Shown: positions 27,061-43,349, counted from the first letter of the stretch. The stretch is 64,000 nucleotides of DNA from the human T2T-CHM13v2.0 reference genome, Homo sapiens (GCF_009914755.1 NC_060945.1); one strand, 5' to 3'. The notes: generated by a model from the sequence alone, not told the origin. Translations and numbers: made by a program.

Positions 27061-28072
27061 AAACCACTTTGAAGACTCCTAGAGGAGTATTGTTGCTGGG
27101 GAGAGGGCTGCTGGACCCCAACCAACACTCGGCACCACTTTCTCTTCTTCCCTTTCCTCAATTGCCACACGGAGTGGAGCTGCCACTTCTCTTTCATCCT
27201 CTTCCTCAAAAGTTGTCTGAAAGCTGTGAAAGTACTTTGAAAATTAGAGTCTTATGAAAGACACTTCTTTTTTAAGTTCAGAAATATGAGGTTTCTGATA
27301 TATCTGGCTTCCTGTTTCCATCCTTGGGTATTCTTTTTACCCTTATCACATCATAGAATCCAAAAGCTTTGGGTGTATTTCTTAGGATTATTGAGTGAGT
27401 GCTGAGTATATGGAGAACACTTTCAGGAGGGCTGGATGAGAATTGATTAGTGGGCAGTTGAGTTGGTTGTTGGCATCTGTAAACACACTTTCTCTTAGAA
27501 CATGTTGAGACTCCTAGGCTAGCTCACAAGCTTCTAACCCTGTGAAGCAGTTGAATGGAAAATGGAAGAAAGCAGTGCTTGCTATGAACAATATCATAAG
27601 TAAGACCAAGACAGCCCCAGAGGTGCTATTTGAATAAGTTGAATACTTGACTGTAAGGAAGGGCAGGCTTGGACTTCCTGTGGACTCTCTGGAGGGAGGG
27701 GCATGGAGCACTCGGCAGTGGTGGTGTCTGGGTTACTTGATGGCCAGAGCATGTCATGCTCTTGCTAGAGCCTCCCTCCTGATGCATGGCATTTCAGCAG
27801 CACATTACTCTAAGCACAGGGCTTCAAATGGAATGAAGCAAGAGAGGAAGGCTTCTAGGGAAACTGGACAAGGCCAAGGAAGAGGCGGGAGCTCAGAGAA
27901 AAACTACCTGCTATAGACTTCAGTGTGTTGGGAATGTTGGCAGACAGGGTGAGGTCATAACTTGTCCGTGGTAGATTGGAAGGACATTTTGATGAATAGT
28001 GAGTGAAAGAGCAAATGGATAAATGGGAAGGAAAAAAGCATTGGGCCCCTGTTGGGTGAGAGTTCCCTGTAC

Positions 28073-28090
28073 TGCCCACCAGGTGGCCAA
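28073..28090 (+). promoter_or_regulatory. Candidate CTCF motif
   Basis: TGCCCACCAGGTGGCCAA matches the CCACCAGGTGGC core. Confidence 0.4.
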
Positions 28091-28779
28091 ATGGAATTAT
28101 TGTGGGGCAAGGGGAGTGACTGGGTAAAAGGCTGAGGGTTGCAAGGAGGTGGTGATTTGAGGTTGATCACACTATTTTAAGCTCTGTTCCAGAGCCTAAC
28201 TCAAAGTAAGTAATCAATAATTAAATCTTGAATAAATGAGTAATTCATAAGTTGGGTCATTGCAACCCTATTACCTGCTATATGGAGTAGAAATAAGCAA
28301 GTGGAATTAAACCTTGGAAAATGTGGCCAGGATTATGTGTAGTTTTCAGAGTGAGCCCAAGTGGCAGTCTTGTCAGTGAGCAAATGTGCAAGTCACTGCT
28401 TCAAGAAGTTTGTGGAATAGTGGATTCGTTTGTACCGTTTTTATTTCGTTGCTTAAGGAACCCTGGGAGTCTTCATCAGCTGTAATTGCTCCCTGTTGCC
28501 TCCATCCCACATCAGCTCATTGACCAAGTCCTGCCCATTCAGCTTCTAAACTGCCATTTTAAAATCATCAGCTTTATAGCGATGATTAGCATGTAATAAA
28601 CTGCATATATTTAAAGTGTATAATTTAATAAGGTTTGACATATGTATACACTCACAGAATCACCACGGTCAAGATAATAAACATATTTGTCACCCCTAAA
28701 ATTTCCTCCTCCTCCTTCGATTCCTTCCTCTACTTGTCCTTCATCCCAAGCAACCACTGATCTTTTTTCTTTCACTGTC

Positions 28780-29085
28780 GATTTTTTTCGACTTTATGAT
28801 GGTGCAGAAGTGATTGCAGATGCAGTAGAAGCCGTACTCAAATACCCAAACAACCAGTCTGTTTTTCACTCTCAGTAAAGTATTCCGTAAAATTACATGA
28901 GCTATTCAACACTTAATGTAAAATAGGGTTTGTGTTAGATGATTTTACACAACTGTAGGCTAAGCGTTCTGGGCATTTGGCTAAGTGATGTTAGGTTAGG
29001 TGGTGTATTAAATGCGTTTTCAACATAAAATATTTTCAATTTACGGGTTTATCGAAATGCGTATATTGTAAGTTGAGGAACATCT
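28780..29085. mobile_element. MER47A-like Tigger MITE
   Basis: ttttcgactttatgatggtgc...tgtaagttgaggaacatct. Confidence 0.65.
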
Positions 29086-29357
29086 TTTTTTTTAGACTTA
29101 CATAGAATTGGATGGTATTGGACCCCTTTTACTCTAGTTTCTTTCACTCAGCATAATTATTTTGAGATCAATAGTGTGTATCAATAGTTCACTCCTTTTC
29201 ATTGCTGAGTAGTATGGCATTGTATGTAGTGAATATTTGTTTTTTTCCAGTTTGGGGTTGTTATAGGTACAGCTGCTGTGAACATTTGTGTACAAGTTGT
29301 TGTGTGGACACATGCTTTAATTTCTTTGGGGTAAATACCTAGCAGTGGAATGGCTAG

Positions 29358-30590
<1,233 letters not shown>

Positions 30591-32175
30591 TAGTAGGTAT
30601 CTCTTTGTGGTTTTAATTTGCATTTCTCTCATGACTAATGGCTTTAGGCATCTTTTCATGTGCTGCTTTGCCATCGTATGTCTTCTGTGAAATGTCTGTT
30701 CAAATCTTATGACCATTGTTTAAAAGTTTTTTTAAATTAAGTTTTGAGAGTTATTTGTATTCTAGATACAAGTCCTTTATCAGACTTCTAATTCGCAAAT
30801 CTTAGTGGCTTTTTATTCAAAGAGCAGTTTTTAATTTTGATGAAATCTAATTTATCAATTTTTTCTATTATGGATTTTGGTTTTGGTGTTGTGTCTAAGG
30901 AAACTTTGCTTAATCCAAATTTACAAAAGCTTCTAAGTTTTATAGCTTTATATTTTACATTTAAATCTGTCCCATTTTGAGTTAATTTTTTAAATGGTAC
31001 AAGTAGGGAAGAAAGTTCGGTTTTTTTGCGTGTGGATACTGGATTATTTTAGCACCATTTGTTGTAAATCTCTATTTTTGTACTCCATTCTAGTCTTTTG
31101 ATCTCTCTGTGTATCTGTACATGAATATCATACTGTCTTGATGGCCATAGCTTTATAATAAGTCTTGAAATCAGGTGGTGTTAGTCCTTCAACTTACATT
31201 CTCTATCAGAGTTGTTTTGGCTGTTTTAGATCCATTATGAACTTTCTAATCAATATTCTAGGGTTTTGATTGAGGTTCTACTGAATGTCAATAGATTTTA
31301 TTTCAGTAAAATAAATAATAGATCTCAATTTTTGTTTAACTTGGAGAGGGTTGACATCTAAATTTTGAGTCTTCTTACCCGTGAACAAGATATACCTGAT
31401 AGATTTTGTTTCTTTCAGCAGCGTTTTGTAGTTTTGCATACCTTTTGTCTGATTTCTCTGCAAGTATTGAATGTTTAATTCAAGGTCTGATTATTTGTTA
31501 CTAGTATATAGAAATAACATTGATTTTTGTATCTTGCAATCCTGCTAAACTCATTAGTTCTATTTTTTTTATAGATTTCTTAATACTTTCTCAAAACACA
31601 ATCATGTCATATGCAAATAAGACAGTCTCACTTTTTGCTTATCAGTCTAGGTACCTATTCTTTTTCTTGCCTTACTGCACTGGCTAGAACCTCCATTTCA
31701 GTGTTGAATAGAAGTGACAGTGGACTTTCTGGTTTGTTCCCAGTCTTAGGGGAAGAACATTTAGATATTCACCAGCTGGTGAAATGTCAGCTGTAGATTT
31801 TTCAAAGATGCTCTTTATAAGTTTGAGGGAGGTCACTTCTATCCCTAGTTTGCTGAGATTTTTTTTTTTTTAATCAGGAATGGCTATGGATTTTGTTAAA
31901 TGCTTTCATTTGTGTTTGTTGAAATGATCATATGGTGTTTCTTTTTTAGTTTGTTAATATGTTTTAATTTGAATTACATTTTTTTTCAAATGTTAAGCCA
32001 ATCTTGCATTCTTGGGATAAAGCCTGCTTGGTCATGGTATATTGTATTTTTTAATATATGATAGTAGTGAATTTGCTAAAATTTTGTTTAGAATTTTAAA
32101 GTGTGTATTCTTGAGGGACATTCATCTGATTTCTTGTAATGTCTTTGGTTTGGGTATAGGGTAATGCTGGCTTCA

Positions 32176-33420
<1,245 letters not shown>

Positions 33421-33663
33421 ATTGGTATTTTTGCCTTAAATGTTTGGTGTAATTCACCAGTGAAGTCATTTGGGCCTGTAATATTCTTTGTGGGAAGCTT
33501 TTAAACTTCTTTAATAAGATATAGGGCTTAAGGGTTTAAACTACACATATTTCGTTAATAAGATATAGGGCCATTCAAGTTATCTGTACTTCTTGAGTGA
33601 GGTTTGGTAGTCTGTGTTTTTCAAGGAATTTGATCATTTCATCTGAGTTGTTAAATTTAATGC

Positions 33664-33953
33664 TTTTTTTTGAGACAGAGTCTCGCTCTGTCACCCAGGC
33701 TGGAATGCAGTGATACAATCACGGCTCACTGCAGCGTGGACCTCCTGGGTTCAAGTCATCCTCACACTTCAGCCTCCCCAGTAGCTGGGACTACAGGCAC
33801 ACACCACCATGCCTGGCTAATTTTTGTAGTTTTTGTGGAGATGAGGCTTCACCATGTTGCCCAGGCTTTTCTCAGACTCCTGGTGTCAACTGATCTGCCT
33901 GTCTAGGCCTCCCAAAGTGCTGGTATTACAGGTGTGAGCCCCAGCGCCTGACC
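33664..33953 (-). mobile_element. AluJ element
   Basis: Antisense Alu dimer. Confidence 0.92.
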
Positions 33954-34047
33954 TTGCAAAAATTTTTTATAATATTTCCTATTATTTTAATATTTATGAA
34001 ATCTGTAGTTGTTTCACCTTTCTCATTCCCAGTGCCTTTAATTTATA

Positions 34048-34123
34048 CCTTACCTCTTTTTACTCAACAGTCTGGCTATAGAGGCCCTTACCTCTTTTTA
34101 CTCAACAGTCTGGCTATAGAGGC
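34048..34123. repeat. Perfect 38-bp tandem duplication
   Basis: CCTTACCTCTTTTTACTCAACAGTCTGGCTATAGAGGC x2. Confidence 0.97.
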
Positions 34124-35259
34124 ATATCAATTTTACGAATCTTCTCCATGAACTAGTGTTTGGTTTCATTGATGTTCTCTGTTTTTCTTTTTTCTGCTTT
34201 GGGGATTTCTCCTCTCTCTCTCTCTTCTCATCTTACTGGATTTAATTTGCTCTTTTCCTAGTTTCTTAAAGTAGAAGCTGAGACTATTGATTCGAGGCCT
34301 TTTTTTTTTTCTTACCTAGGTGTTCAGTAGATATGAATTTCCTGACAAGTATTGCTTTCATGGCATCCCCCAAATTTTGATTTGTAGCATTTTCTTTTTC
34401 ATTCAATTCAAAGTACTTTGTAATTGCCCTTTTGATTTCTCCTTCTACCTGTTTGTCCAGCTTATTTAGATATCTGTTTAGTTTCCAAGTGTTGAGGCAT
34501 TTTTCGAAGATTTTTGTGTATAACTTGAATCCCTTTATGTTATATGGCCCAGAATATGGTTGGCCTCGGTAAATGTTCTGTGTACACTTAGGAAGAATGT
34601 CTGTCTTGTGATTGTTGGGTAAAGGGTTCTATAAATGTCAGTTAACTCCACTTGGTTAATGTTGGTGTTCACTTTTTCTATATCCTTGGTGATTTTCTGT
34701 ATAAGTAGTTCTATCGATTACTGAAAGAGGAATGTTAAAAGACTTCAGCTGTGATTCTGGATGTGTCCATTTCTCTGTTCAGTTCTGCTGTTCTTATATG
34801 TTGAAGCTCGGTTATCTGGTGCATGTATATTTAAGATTGTTACATCTTGGTGGACCCATTATTATGTATTGTCTCTTTTTATTCCTGGTAATTTTCTTTG
34901 CTCTGAAGTCTGCTTTGTCTGATATTACTGTAGCCACTTGAGCTTGCTTTTGATTAGTGTTTTTGGTTGGTATATATTTTTCTGTCCTTTTATTTAATTA
35001 TATGTTTACTTGAATAATTATTCCACTAGGCTTGGCTTTAAGAGTAAATGGTCACTTGGTAAATTTACTTACAAGTTTTGAACCTCTTTGCCCTTTGTCT
35101 GGAATTACACAAAATGCCATCCCTTTTCTCATAAGTTCCTTCCTTGCTGAATTTGTTCCTTTTCAACTTGATCTTCCCAGCTTCCTGTGAGAGCTCCACA
35201 TTTCATGCTAACACCATCACGGTCAAAGATTTACTCTGGACCTGCTCCGTGTTCGTCTC

Positions 35260-35640
35260 TATTCGGAGTGCTAGGGTTAACACCAGAGCCTTTCTTCCTA
35301 TGGCAACTGTGCTTTAGTGGAGTGAGGCAGACAGTAAGCAAATGCATACTGTGCCAGTGGTGAGAACGTACTTTGTGGAACAAAACAAAGCCTTGAGTGA
35401 GGGCAATGGAGAGTGAGGGGCCTTGGTGGAGCTAGGAGGGTGCTGCTTTAGGAGAGTGGGCACAGAAGGTCTCTCTGAGAGGGTGACATTTGGACAGAGA
35501 CATGATAGAAGCAAGAGATGAGCTATGTGGAAGTTGGGCGGAGAACATTTCCAACAGAAGGACCAGCGAGTACAAAGGCCTGGGAGGGGAATGTGCTTGG
35601 GAGTCCTGAGAACCACATGTATGCCTAGAACAAGGCAAGC
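35260..35640. mobile_element. L2 fragment
   Basis: gaaggtctctctgagagggtgacatttg...gaacatttccaacagaagg..agtacaaaggcctg L2 motif. Confidence 0.7.
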
Positions 35641-36433
35641 GATGACGAAAATTTCATAGTTTTAACCAGCTAGAACATTGCAGGATTTTGAAATACTGCC
35701 CTGAAAACTGACCTTTAGTCACATAATGGTCCAAATCAGACAGTACAAGGGAGGCTTAACCTTTTAGGTCTGAGAGGAGCCAGGAGTGGGTAGGGATGGG
35801 CTCTTTCCTTGCACTGTCAGCCAGCAGGCTGCTGAGGACCTTGTCAATCTTTGAAGACCAGTGAGCCGTGCGGGATGCCCGTCGACATTAGTCTGGTTTG
35901 AGTGATGAGTGGTAAATTCTTTTTCTTACTTAAGGTTCCAGTAATTTTCTTTTTGTTCCTTGTCCGTATTGAACATAGTTGTAGACCAGTCCCATGCCTT
36001 TCTTAATCTTTTCCCATGTTTGTGGGCTCATGGTTCTCTTAGGTGTGTTAGTTCACAGGGAAAATCCTTTGAAAAGTTAGAAGAGTATCTAATAGATGTT
36101 TTCACACACACACACAACATTAATGAATAGTTTGGAAAATTCAGTCTCGTCAATGGATTAGAAGTTTTCCCCCATGCTTTCTAGTACTTCACACCATCTG
36201 TAATGTCACAGTGTGTTTTTGCTGCCATAAAGCTGGTTTGGATTCATATTTTCACAAGAGTGTAATGGGAAAGACCATAGAAAAAGGGAGATTGGGCTTA
36301 ACACTGCAATTCTGTTTAGCTGGTCAGCTGGTAGTTTCTATTTTGACAAGGTTATGTGTGTGTATGTGTGTGTTTGTGTGTAGTTGATGTCTGTCTAGGA
36401 AGAGTAAAATGGAAACACTGACCAAAATAGTAG

Positions 36434-36676
<243 letters not shown>

Positions 36677-37106
36677 GAAGATTCGCCAGATTTTAGCCTT
36701 ATATGTAATTCCTTCACATTTGGGCAGCATGGACGAGAAGGAAGAATTTGCAAGTTTGGCCTTTATATAAGCATGTGTTGCAGGTGCTGTTTGATTTTTC
36801 TAAGGTATTTTTAGCCCTTGATCCCCTTTGCTTGCGAGAGGTGGGGAACTGCTCACTGACAGCTTCTCTGTAACCTGCAGTACCAGTGGATCGTTCTTGA
36901 TTTTGTTTTCATTAGTGTCATTTCTTTGTCATTGAGGACTTTTCCCCTTACAACAGTAACACCATTTTTTGAAGAGCAAAACTTATAATACCTCCTGGGA
37001 TTGTGAGCTAGTCATTCAGCCTGTGTAACCATGTGGAAATAAAAATTGACGACCAATGTATTATATGGACAACTTTTGCTTTGAGTAATAAACTTGATTG
37101 TAGGAA
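36677..37106 (+). other. MRPS6: MRPS6 3'UTR
   Basis: Runs from the stop codon to the poly(A) signals; 3' end approximate. Confidence 0.85.
37038..37092 (+). terminator. Tandem poly(A) signals of MRPS6
   Basis: AATAAA at 37038-37043 and 37087-37092; GT-rich element gtgggaggtgttttgt downstream of the distal signal. Confidence 0.85.
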
Positions 37107-39692
37107 TGTGGGAGGTGTTTTGTCCCTTTACTTACCCAGTGCAGTGCACTTCCAGGGCCCCGCAGCTCCAGTCTAGCTGGCAGTGCCTGGCAGTGTCGGG
37201 GAGGCATTACCCAGTACCCACTGAGGTCCAGAGCCGGGGTGGGGCAGGGGAGGAGGGGTGTCTGTCTGTTCCTTACTGGGCACGCCACAAAATCAGTGAC
37301 TTTTCCCTGCACACCTCACTTGTCATTGTGGTTTGTGCTGCTCTTTGTGGTGGGACGTGTGTTCTGGTGCAGTTAAGGTCTCATGCTGCTCCCTGTCATT
37401 CCTTTGCTACTAGCACCTGCCTCCTCCACTGTCCCTCATCCCAGGGCAGGCCTCTTGTAGGAAGTAGCCTCCTGGCAGTGGCATGGCTTCCAGGATGGGT
37501 GAGGATGAGGTCGTTTCCCAAAACAGTCACCTGCATCTCTTCCTCGGTCTCCTCGGGGCTGATTGGAAAGACTTGACTAGCCCTTCCCCCTTCCCAGGGG
37601 GTGCCCTGCACAAGGTGTCTGTCACCATCACAGATGACGGAACTTCTGCACATAAAATGTTGGGGGAAGTGCCGGTTCTGGGAATCTCTGAAAAGCAGGA
37701 AGGAGCCGAGAGTTCTGGCCTCTGCTTTGTTTTTAACCATGGCAAGACCGGAGGATGGAGAGATGTGCAAGAGATGCCCAAAGCGCCAGGAGGGCCTGGT
37801 CTCCCAGCTCTGGCCCAGCGCCTCCTCCCTCTGTAGCAGCTGCCTGTGTCTGCACTGGGTCATCAGTGTTGTCGCCTTGCTTATTAAGAACTCAGGCGGT
37901 ATCCAGCTTAACTTCCTCCAGAGGCAAAAAGCTATAAAAAGTCTCTCTGAAGAGCAATAATTCAGTGAAGAGGCTCATTAAGAACTGTAGACTGGAAATA
38001 AAAGGGGTAAAGATTATCTGGGAAAATATGCTACTTCCTGTTTTATTCGGAATTTCCTGAAAGCGCAGGCTCTCGGTCAGGGCTCGCGAGAGCACCAACT
38101 CTCTAGCAGACACTTTGTGTCCTGATGTTCTTTGACTCGGTGCGATCTGAGGTCCATTTTGCTTGGAGTTTATTAAACGCACGCCATGTGCCATGCTGCA
38201 CACTTATGTCCATTCCCTCAGTTACTCCTTTCAGCAGCCCCAGGAAAGGCAGCATTGCTATACCTGTTGCTTGGACTAGGAAACCCCCACTCAGATTTGC
38301 CCTTGACCCCACAACTGCCAGTGATAGCTGGAATCTTGAACTAGGGACCCTGATGCCATCTGTTTTTTCCTTCTTGTAACAGTAAGGTTGTCTTTGCCCT
38401 CTCAGGTTAAACAAGGCACTTGGGTGTCTGGAGTGAATTGTCACCACTCAGTTAGTGGCATTTGGCCGCATGGCCCGAGTGTAGCACTGGCACTTTCTTT
38501 TCCTGCACTTGCCGGTCCCTGACAAGACGCCATTGGGTATTCCAGGTCATGCAATCCTGTGGCACAATTTAGAGAGCATTAGGAAGGAGGCTGGCAAAGT
38601 AGGGCAGCCGTGCAGTATGCCAGTTCCCCTCCTTGGAAGCTCCAAAACGAAGCCACTGTCTTTCCCCTGTGAGTGGTTGGTGCATAGCTGGATCCTCAGC
38701 AACTGAGGGGTCCTCATCCCCTGGCAGCTGCTGGCCCGTCGGGATGTCTAGTGTTGGAGCAGGGCGTGCAGGTGGGTGGTTTCCAGGCCACTTATTTGTC
38801 AGAGTAGAGCATCCGGTCTCCCTGCCCAGGCTGGTGGTGGTCCGAGGCTCTGGTCTCCTCCTTCAGGGGATGATAATGGCAAAGTGCTGGCAGTAGAGCC
38901 ATAGACAAAGACAGGCCCTGGCCTCGTGGAGCTGAGAATTGGCATGGAGGCAGACAAAGTATGTACAGTGTAGGAGCTGCTGGGGGGAGTACAGAGGATG
39001 GAGTGGGGAGGGCACGTGCAAGCTGAGCTCTGAAGGGCGAGGAGCCAGTCGTGTGATGTCACAAGGAACTGAGGGGCCAGATCTGGGAGACTGGAGACCT
39101 GTGAGGAGTTAAGCGCAAAGGGATAGGAGGTTGCCAATGGGAAATGACGCATGGAAGGCAGAAGGCTGGCATCGGGTGAGGCATCAGCTTCAGGATGCTC
39201 CCTGGGGGGCTCATGTCCTTGGAAAGGGCATCTTCCTGGGATTTGCAGCCTTGACTATTCGTGGGCCTCTTTGGACAGGCTCAGTCTTCCAGAAGTACTT
39301 GGTTTGATCTCGCCAATACTCGGCTTGACTGGCTGCATTTTAGGATACGAAACTTGGACTTCTGAAAGGAATTTAAGAGGAACATCGGCATTTAAGATAT
39401 GGTGCTCAGGATTGATGACATAGGTGATATTTATCCTCATGATCCTGTCAGCACTCAGAGTCACCCCTTTCCTCTTCCAGCATGTCTGGAAGGGCTTATT
39501 TTTGCCAGTGGGCCCTGCCCCCTGGCTGGAGGAAAGTATGCTGGCTCCAGTCTACGAGAGTGGAGGTCCTGAGAGTCTGCAGTCCCAAGTCCAAAGTAGT
39601 GGCCACAGTTCAGGCCTGTGACAAGCCAGGGGGTTGTTTTTTGAAGGTGGCCCAGGGAGGTTGAAAATGAGAGCCTGGGGGCCCAAGAAGCT

Positions 39693-40263
39693 AGTCTACC
39701 GAGCTGGTCTTGATAGGGGAGACCCTAACCCAGTGGCGCTAGAGGAATTAAAGACACACACACAGAAATATAGAGGTGTGAAGTGGGAAATCAGGGGTCT
39801 CACAGCCTCCAGAGCTGAGAGCCCCGAACAGAGATTTACCCACGTATTTATTAACAGCAAGGCAGTCATTAGCATTGTTTCTATAGATATTAAATTAACT
39901 AAAATTAACTAACTAAATTAACTAAAAGTTTCTATAGATATTAAATTAACTAAAAGTATCCCTTATGGGAAACGAAGGGATGGGCCGAATTAAGGGAATA
40001 GTTTGGGTTAGTTAACTGCAGCAGGAGCATGTCCTTAAGGCACAGATCGCTCATGCTATTGTTTGTGGCTTAAGAATGCCTTTAAGCAGTTTCCCCGCCC
40101 TGGGCAGGCCAGGTGTTCCTTTCCCTCATTCCTGTAAACCCACAACTTTCCAGCTTGGGCATTAGGGCCATTATGAACATGTTACAGTGCTGCAGATATT
40201 TTGTTTATGGCCAGTTTTGGGGCCAGTTTATGGCCAGATTTTGGGGGGGGCCTGCTCCCAACA
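39693..40263 (-). mobile_element. Solo MER9 LTR (HERV-K9/HML-3)
   Basis: Minus strand starts TGTTGGGAGCAGGCCCCCCCAAAATCTGGCCATAAACTGGCC; TSD GAAGCT at 39687-39692 and 40264-40269. Confidence 0.9.
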
Positions 40264-40834
40264 GAAGCTGCTCCATGACATTCACAATGGTGGATCCATT
40301 CACATGGATTGTTCATGAAGCATCTGAAGGGAGACAGGCGCTGTACCATGGAGTGTCAACAAAGGACCATGGAGCCCAGTAGATTTTTGCTGAAAGACCA
40401 AATGTATGTTGATTGAGATGAAGTATTCGGTTAAAAGATTAGAGAGTACGGAAAACATGAGCCGCTTTTCCAAGCTTTTAGTTGAGTCTGGAAGAGCCCT
40501 GGTGTACCCCCACCCACTTGAGGGATCCCACAGTGCTTTCAGCAGGAGTTCAATGTGGGTATTCCTTTACCCTCCCGACAGCCCCCTAAGCCAAATATTC
40601 TTTTGTTTTATGACTTAAGACACCTGAGGCTTACAGGATAATAGATAACATCCCCAAGGCCGCAAAAGGAGGAGGAGTTGGAGTTGGGAGTCATGTCTCT
40701 CTTTCCAGAGCCCATTTTGGCCTGCTTACAGGCTCCTGGAGGTAGATGTTGCCAATCCCTGCAGTCCTGATTATGCCACGAGGGGCTGGCTCTGGATGAC
40801 CTGCTCCTCTGGGCCCTTCCGACGCTGCACCTAG

Positions 40835-41216
<382 letters not shown>

Positions 41217-43349
41217 GAGTGTTTTAAATCTCAGGTCTTCAAACAGAAATCCTGAGAACATCAGAAAATGTTGGTGTCTCCTGGAGACCAGGTATTTTTT
41301 TCTCATGATTCTCCCTGCTCTGTAATTCCCACTGCTCATTTCTCTCCACATTGCTCCACGGGTGTCTTTTGAGAGTACACATATGGCAGGTGCTGCTCTG
41401 GGCAGGATACAAAGATCAGAGGGGCAGTGTTCTGGCCTCAGGGCTCTCACACGTGGGGGTTGGACTGTTCAGCTGTCTAAAACACAGCCCATAATAAATA
41501 TAATAACAAATGTTTAAACCAAGTGCTAGGAAACTGGGGCGGGGACGGGGGAGAACTAGATTGACTAGTGCCTGGAATGAGAGTGGGGCCAGGTGGGGAG
41601 GTGGTGAGACTGCATGGTGAGCTTTGGGAACCCCTGGGAGGGGGGCAAGTTACAGTGTGATGGTGAGAAGGATGGTGGAAATGTCAGAGTTGCAGGGCTT
41701 GTGGCTGGAGGTAAGATTGGGAAGTCAGGTTGCTCAGGGTTTCTTGAAAGATCTTTACAAAGAGCCAAGAATGAGTCTTGTGCATGTTAACTTGCTATAA
41801 AACATGCCTCCTAATTGAGTAACCCCATGCTGCCTGCATATTTGTGAGGAAGGAAATAATTCCACTGATTGGCCATGGAGAAGTACAAAGAGGGCTGAGG
41901 CAAGGGGTGCAGATGTCTACAAGAAGGTGGGCAGTGTGGACTAGAGAGGGCGAGTGCTCGCCAGGCAACCCCTTCCTGAACAGTGTGTGCTTTGAAATGT
42001 GCGTAGGAGCGTGTGAAAAGTACAAATTATTCTCTCTCTGCTGTGGTCTGGGCTACTGCCATTTGCGTTAGGAGGTCTCCGCAGAGAGATGACGGCACCT
42101 GTAATGGCCTTGTGATGCTACCTGCCAGTCCCTGGCCTGTTTTCTGCACCTGGAAACAGACAAGTATGGTGTTGATGGTGGGAAGTTTCCAAGGCGATTT
42201 GTGGGATTCTTGGTCACCTTGAAAAAATGCAGTAGTGGAATGATCATAGGACTTTGGGTTGGAGAACTGCTCAGAGAACTCTCCACCCACCAGCCTTGAC
42301 CATGTTCAGTTTCTTCTCCCGGTCTAAGTGTCCTCACATGGAAAATGTGGCCAGTGAAGCAGATGGTCTCAAAGAGCCTGTCCTGGTCTCTAATACCCTG
42401 GACCGAGTTACTGCCTGGTTTGCTGAAGAGTTATTCCATCAGTGATTAAAGAACTTGGTAGTTGGTAGGATATGGAGGTGGGGAAGGGTTAAAATAATTT
42501 CTTAGAGGCTTATTCTTTGCACACTTCTTTTCATGTTCTGATAAGCATAGCTGTTGTTTTCATAACCTGCCATTGGATTCTGTGGGGCTGACTAGTAATC
42601 TCATTCTAAACAGAATAGGCCTGTCTTTAATCACAAGAAAACAGCAAAGGAGTCCCAGAGGTCAGCACAGTCATTTGCTGGGCTCAGATTGCCAGCATTC
42701 TTTTTGTTCTCTGAAAATGAAGCTTTAAGGGACATGGGCTTACAGCCAAATACAGGCAAGACACATTCTGTTAGTCGCAGGAGGAAAACCATGTCGAAAC
42801 GAAAAGTCCATATTGGTGGTAGTTTTTTGAGAGCTACACCACAACCCCCAAAATTGACCTCTAAAGTGACAACAGTAAGACCTGGATAATCCTGCACATT
42901 CCTAGTGCCACCACAACCCAGTGAGATTAACAAAAGACTCATGGAACCAAACTTCATCCCCAAAGTATTCAGGTCCGCTGGGCTGCTGAAGGGGAGCAGC
43001 ACTGGTGTCTGGGTGTGGCATCTGAACCTTTGCTTCCAGAACACCAGCATCGTCACATTTCTCAGAGAAAGCAATTTGCCTTGAGACAGTTCCATTGTGA
43101 GTGGAAGAGACAAGGGTGCATTGTTCACCAGACAATGCCTGAAGTAAGGATTATGCAAAATGGACTCTTGACCTCTCTATTCCAAATAAGTGGGAGACTC
43201 TGTAGTTTCCATAAAGCTTGTATTGAGCTAAATGATGTGACTTGGATGTAGCATCCTTTGTCTAATCGGATACCAAAATGTTAAGCACCTATTTGTGAAA
43301 GACTGGATATTACACTTTGACAGAGGTGTCAGGCTCTGTTAATTGGTAT

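Noticed and set aside
37061-39664. Cluster of overlapping 100-160-aa ORFs downstream of MRPS6
   Set aside because: GC-richer sequence yields long ORFs in several frames on both strands; no homology or exon structure was recognised.
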